The notes under the pieces were generated by a model. The model did no database searches. It saw only the letters and a list, made by a program, of their open reading frames with translations, and was not told the origin of the DNA. DNA of 64,000 nucleotides from Cirrosporium novae-zelandiae (lineage: Eukaryota). Each line of letters opens with the position of its first letter. Position 1 is the first letter of the stretch. Below are positions 59,440-64,000 of this stretch, piece after piece. Where the stretch lies: assembly GCA_026023565.1 (NCBI GenBank), contig JAPETS010000035.1:124001-188000 (forward strand), written 5' to 3'. The translations under genes were made by a program, and so were the position numbers.

Positions 59440-61092
59440 ATGGAAAATCTCATGAAGAAGCTAGAAGTCCGGCATGAAGGCGGAACAGTGCCCAATCGAT
59501 GGATCAACAACGACATCAAGCCCATTGAACATGAGCGGCGAACATGGGGCTTCTGGACTTTCCACAATTATTGGGTTTTGGTGAACTCCAATATCTCGAC
59601 TTACATGACCGGTTCATCACTCATTGCGCTTGGCCTTACTTGGTGGCAAGCAGTTATTTCCATCATCATCGGCAACTTGTTAGCGACCTTGTTCGTCATA
59701 TTGAATTCGTTACCGGGCGCGTACTACAAAATCGGGTTTCCGGTCGTCAATCGATATGTCTGGGGCATGTACGGAAGCGCCTTCGTGCTGTGGAACAGAA
59801 TCCTTCTCAGCTTGGTTTGGTATGGCTATCAAGCCTGGGTCGGCGGAGAATGTTTTTATGTCTGTCTACAGGCAATCTGGCCCAGCCTCGAGAGACGCAT
59901 CCCAAACCATATGCCTGAGTCAACTGGAATGACAACAGCCCAATTCGTAGCTTATATCGTTTTCATGATCATTTCACTACCGGTTGCCTGGGTTCGTCCG
60001 CATAAACTCCGTTACTTCTTTTATATTTCCTCGGCCGTGATTTTGGTATTTGAGATAGTACTGCTTATCTGGTCTTTGGCAACAATGGGAGATACTGGGT
60101 TTGGTGCTACTATTTCAAGCTCGACAACTATTCAAGGCTCAGAGATGGGTTGGAGCATTGCATATGGCATTATATCTACAATCGGTTCCATCGCCGCAGG
60201 CATTCTAAATCAGAACGATTATGCTCGGTTCTCAAGAAAACCAATGGATGCTGTTTGGGGTCAGATTATCAGTTTCCCTCTATATGGAATAGTTTGCTCT
60301 GTGATTGGGATATTGGTTACTGCTGCTACACAGAACAGATATGGAGCCTTGTGGAACCTACCTGAGCTACTGAGCGCAATTATCGAGGACGGAGGCTCCA
60401 AGTCGAGAGCCGCAGCATTCTTCGCTGGAGCAGCACTTGTGGTCTCCCAGATAGGGGTCAATATCCCGGGAAATGCGCTTTCTGGAGGCTTTGATTTTGC
60501 TGCCACCTTTCCCAAATATATCAATATCCGCCGCGGCGCTTACCTAACCATCGTCCTCTCCATTGCCTGTAATCCCTGGAAACTTGTCAACACGGCAACT
60601 ACATTCCTTGCGGTACTGAGCAGCTATTCAGTGTTCCTAGGCCCGATGGTGGGTCTCATGATAACATCGTACCTCATCATTAATCAGAAGAAAATAAAAG
60701 TGGAGGATTTGTATTTAGGGAATAGCGATAGTATTTACTGGTATACTTGGGGCGTCAATTGGAGAGCTGTCATTGCATGGGTTTGTGGTACCGTGCCCTC
60801 TCTGCCTGGATTCGTTGCCAGTGTCAACACAAATATTCACGTCCCTATCGGCCTTACACATCTCTACGATATTTGCTTTTTATCTGGCTTTGCGATTTCG
60901 GCGGCAGTATACTGGGCATTGCACATGGTGATCCCGGCAAGCAGAGTGGACGAATTCGTAAGAACGGCGCCATCCCCCAAGGAGTTGCAGTTGAAGTATC
61001 AGGAGGAGATTGATGCGGCAGCATATGAGGCAGAGGAGGTGGTTGTGGTGGGAATGCAGCCAAAGGGAGACGGAAAGGTAGATGATGTGTGA
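59440..61092 (+). CDS. NCS1 nucleobase:cation symporter (Fur/Dal4-like permease)
   Basis: Intronless 550 aa; WINNDIKP...RRTW, GLTWWQA, IGFPVVNRYVWG, NQNDYARF and PKYINIRRG; about 12 TM segments. Confidence 0.93.
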   Translation: MENLMKKLEVRHEGGTVPNRWINNDIKPIEHERRTWGFWTFHNYWVLVNSNISTYMTGSSLIALGLTWWQAVISIIIGNLLATLFVILNSLPGAYYKIGFPVVNRYVWGMYGSAFVLWNRILLSLVWYGYQAWVGGECFYVCLQAIWPSLERRIPNHMPESTGMTTAQFVAYIVFMIISLPVAWVRPHKLRYFFYISSAVILVFEIVLLIWSLATMGDTGFGATISSSTTIQGSEMGWSIAYGIISTIGSIAAGILNQNDYARFSRKPMDAVWGQIISFPLYGIVCSVIGILVTAATQNRYGALWNLPELLSAIIEDGGSKSRAAAFFAGAALVVSQIGVNIPGNALSGGFDFAATFPKYINIRRGAYLTIVLSIACNPWKLVNTATTFLAVLSSYSVFLGPMVGLMITSYLIINQKKIKVEDLYLGNSDSIYWYTWGVNWRAVIAWVCGTVPSLPGFVASVNTNIHVPIGLTHLYDICFLSGFAISAAVYWALHMVIPASRVDEFVRTAPSPKELQLKYQEEIDAAAYEAEEVVVVGMQPKGDGKVDDV

Positions 61093-62389
61093 ATGCGTGA
61101 ATGGAATTCATCTTCAGAATAGTACTGCCTAAGCTAGAGCAAAATAAAACGCATAATCAAGTATAAAAATGTGAGATCTAGAAATAAGGCGAGGATGTTA
61201 GGCAGTTTCCGACAAAGGTGGGCTCACATTATGTAGTCTAATGATTAGGAAAATTATGCACCAATTATGGACAGCCTTATACAGCCTTCTACAACTTTAT
61301 ACAACTTTATACAACTTGTACAAATAATTCCAGGCGGCAACGCACGGTTAAGCTCATCAAGCTCGTCCGATATCCTGCTTGGATTCTCAATAAATGATCA
61401 ATTGACCTTCAGTTACTCACCTTCGATTCGTCAAATCCTTGATAGCCACGTTTCGACCCTTGATAGCTCTGCCCACTCGCTAATTTTTCAACATTGGCAG
61501 GGCTAAAATCGAATATCCCTCACCCCCGACGAGTGATATTAGGAAGCATTATACGAGGAGTTACGAGAGAGCCTCGGCAAGTGTTGGTGATACATGACGG
61601 TGAATTTTAGCAGCTACCAGAGCTGGTACTTGGTAGAAGTCTGCCACCACTTGATGAGATTACCGCTAATTAGTTCCACATACCTTTTTACGAACAGACC
61701 AAACAAAGAACTCAAAATCAACCGCTGGCCATCTCCAGATCTCTGGATTTTATATCGCCTCTGTCTGATTCTACCTTCTCATCGTCTATCATACACAACC
61801 AATGGCCTTTCTGCTTGTTCAGATGGAGCTCCCACCACTACCTTTCCCTAACAGGGCTGCTTCTGCGAGCAAAGGCCCTGGCTAGTATTTTCTATTCCAT
61901 TCCACTTTTACTCCTACCTACAAGACATGACCTGTGACCATTAGATTGTTTCTAAATTCTCCTACAATGACATATTCACCCCAAACCCATGGCTTCGGCC
62001 TGCAAGTCCATCCGTTCCGCTCAATAGGGAATTTCCTTATTCTAGAATTTGATTGCATTTGAGGTCATTGTCAAGATAACCGGCAAGTCGGTGTTAGCTG
62101 TTGACCGGTGTCCTCTTTTATATTTAAGCCTTTCACATGCTATGTCCATATATGTTCATTGTTTTCCGCACCTTTTATTTCGCAATTTGTCGATAAGTTT
62201 GATTACCATCCTATCTTAATTTCATACCATATTTATTTCTCTTATATATTTCCCTTGTTTAAAGAGTACATCTCTTACCTTGACCTTGATTGTTCACACC
62301 TCTTTCAGATCACCTAGACCGTGAACAATACAGATCCAAACACGTTCCTCTAATCACCGAAGACCTCCGGCAGCCTATCTTCGGCGGCT

Positions 62390-64000
62390 ATGGCTGCAGA
62401 TGCATCAGATGTCAAGGAGAAAGGGTCAGCCAATGGTCAAGATTCATCCCATGGGTCCCAAGACTTGGACGGCGACGTAACACTAGATGGTTCTGTCGAC
62501 GGACAACCCCAAGAACTATCACCTTCCGATCATACAGACGCAGTCGAAGCACCGCGTACCTACGATCCTATTACCTCTCATGATCGTCTAGAACTCACAC
62601 GCATAGCTTCATCGTTCTCTATTGAAAGGAAATCGCTCGAAAGAACCAACTCTCTAGAGAGAACAAAATCTCGTGTTTCCAGTCACAAGTTTAAAGAAGA
62701 ACCTGAACCAGATCCTGATGATACTCTTAATGGCCTGGATAGCGATGACCCTGTTCTTGACCCAAATTCACCCCAGTTCGATGTCTACAAATGGGCTTGC
62801 ATGTTTGTCAAAACACTGGCTGATGAAGGCCGACATACTCGCAAAACTGGCTTAGTCTTTAAGAATCTCAATGTAACTGGGTCCGGGAAGAGCATGTTTA
62901 TCCAACACAACGTTGCAACAATACTGGGCACTGCTGCTGAACTTCGCCACCTCTCAAAGCGTCCGCAGAAGAGAATCTTGAGAGATTTCAATGGTGTCAT
63001 TAAGAGTGGAGAAATGTTAGTTGTTCTAGGCCGGCCTGGTAGTGGCTGCTCCACCTTCTTGAAAACTCTCTGTGGGGAGCATCATGGTCTCAAGCTTGGT
63101 GAGGATACGGTACTTCACTACAATGGTAAGTAGTCTATTCCACTTCATTCCCATTCCCTAAGGCAGCATGGGGGTAGATGATGTATCTGTTATCTAGCTC
63201 TAACACCGTGGGCCTCCTCCCAACCCCTTTTCCATGTCAGGAGGATTATTTTTCGAGCCGTGGTCCAGCAATCTTGGAGGTCTTCTAACAGTCGCTGTAG
63301 GTATTCCAATGGATGTGATGATCAAGCATTTCAAAGGGGATATTGTCTATAATGGGGAGACGGATAAGCATTTCCCGCATCTAACAGTTAGGCAAACTCT
63401 TGAATTTGCCGCCGCTGTTCGTACACCTCATAACCGCCCAGGAGGAGTATCACGCAAATTTATGATTGATCATTTTGTGGATGTCATACTGGCCGTTCTA
63501 GGATTAACCCACACGCGCAATACCAAAGTCGGCAATGCATATATACGAGGCGTTAGTGGCGGAGAAAGAAAAAGAGTATCTATTGCCGAAATGGCACTCT
63601 CTCGTGCGCCTCTAGCAGCCTGGGACAATTCAAGCAGAGGTCTTGACTCTGCAACTGCTCTTGAATTCATCCGAGCTCTCAGGATCACGGCGGATGTGGC
63701 CGGAATGACCCATGCTGTTGCCATATACCAAGCCTCTCAAGCCATCTACGATAGATTTGAGAAAGCCACCGTTCTATATGAAGGTCGACAGATCTACTTT
63801 GGTCCTGCGAATAAAGCAAAACAATATTTCGAAAAGATGGGTTGGTATTGCCCAGAGAGGCAGACTGTTGGGGATTTTCTTACGTCTGTTACAAACCCAA
63901 TGGAGCGCCATCCGAGAGATGGATACGAGAAAAGGGTTCCACGAACTCCAGATGACTTTGAACGGTACTGGAAGAAATCAGAAGAATACCACGAAATGTT
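62390..64000 (+). CDS. PDR-type (ABCG) ABC transporter, 5' part
   Basis: Degenerate Walker [11 protein letters not shown], signature [13 protein letters not shown] and WDNSSRGLD. Intron 63127-63300. Runs off the window. Confidence 0.95.

Overview
Eukaryotic DNA from a filamentous ascomycete (Pezizomycotina), inferred from short GT-AG introns with CTAAC branch sites, Zn2Cys6 regulators and a HET-domain gene. 1-12 kb holds a head-to-head pair of Zn2Cys6 transcription factors, an HSL-type esterase, a GST and a strongly diverged six-exon Sec9/SNAP-25-like SNARE. About 12-27.4 kb is a gene-poor island of decayed sequence: two hAT-type MITEs with 8-bp TSDs, a Ty3/gypsy pol relic, Cys-rich pseudogenes and duplicated TATA modules. 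27.5-33.5 kb holds an eight-exon orphan gene transcribed divergently from a ~1370-aa atypical HET-domain gene. 34.7-64 kb holds TAD3, an omega-like GST with a 5-nt micro-exon, PFK26, a DUF202 protein, a flavocytochrome b2-like enzyme, a GH93 arabinanase, a Ser/Arg-rich hypothetical, a Zn2Cys6 TF beside an MFS pump, a hydantoinase-DUF917 fusion divergent from an NCS1 permease, and the start of a PDR ABC transporter. The best leads are (1) the orphan/HET divergent pair, possibly with the diverged Sec9, as an allorecognition or cell-death locus, and (2) the hydantoinase-DUF917/NCS1 orphan catabolic module. All exon models and family calls were made by eye, without database searches.
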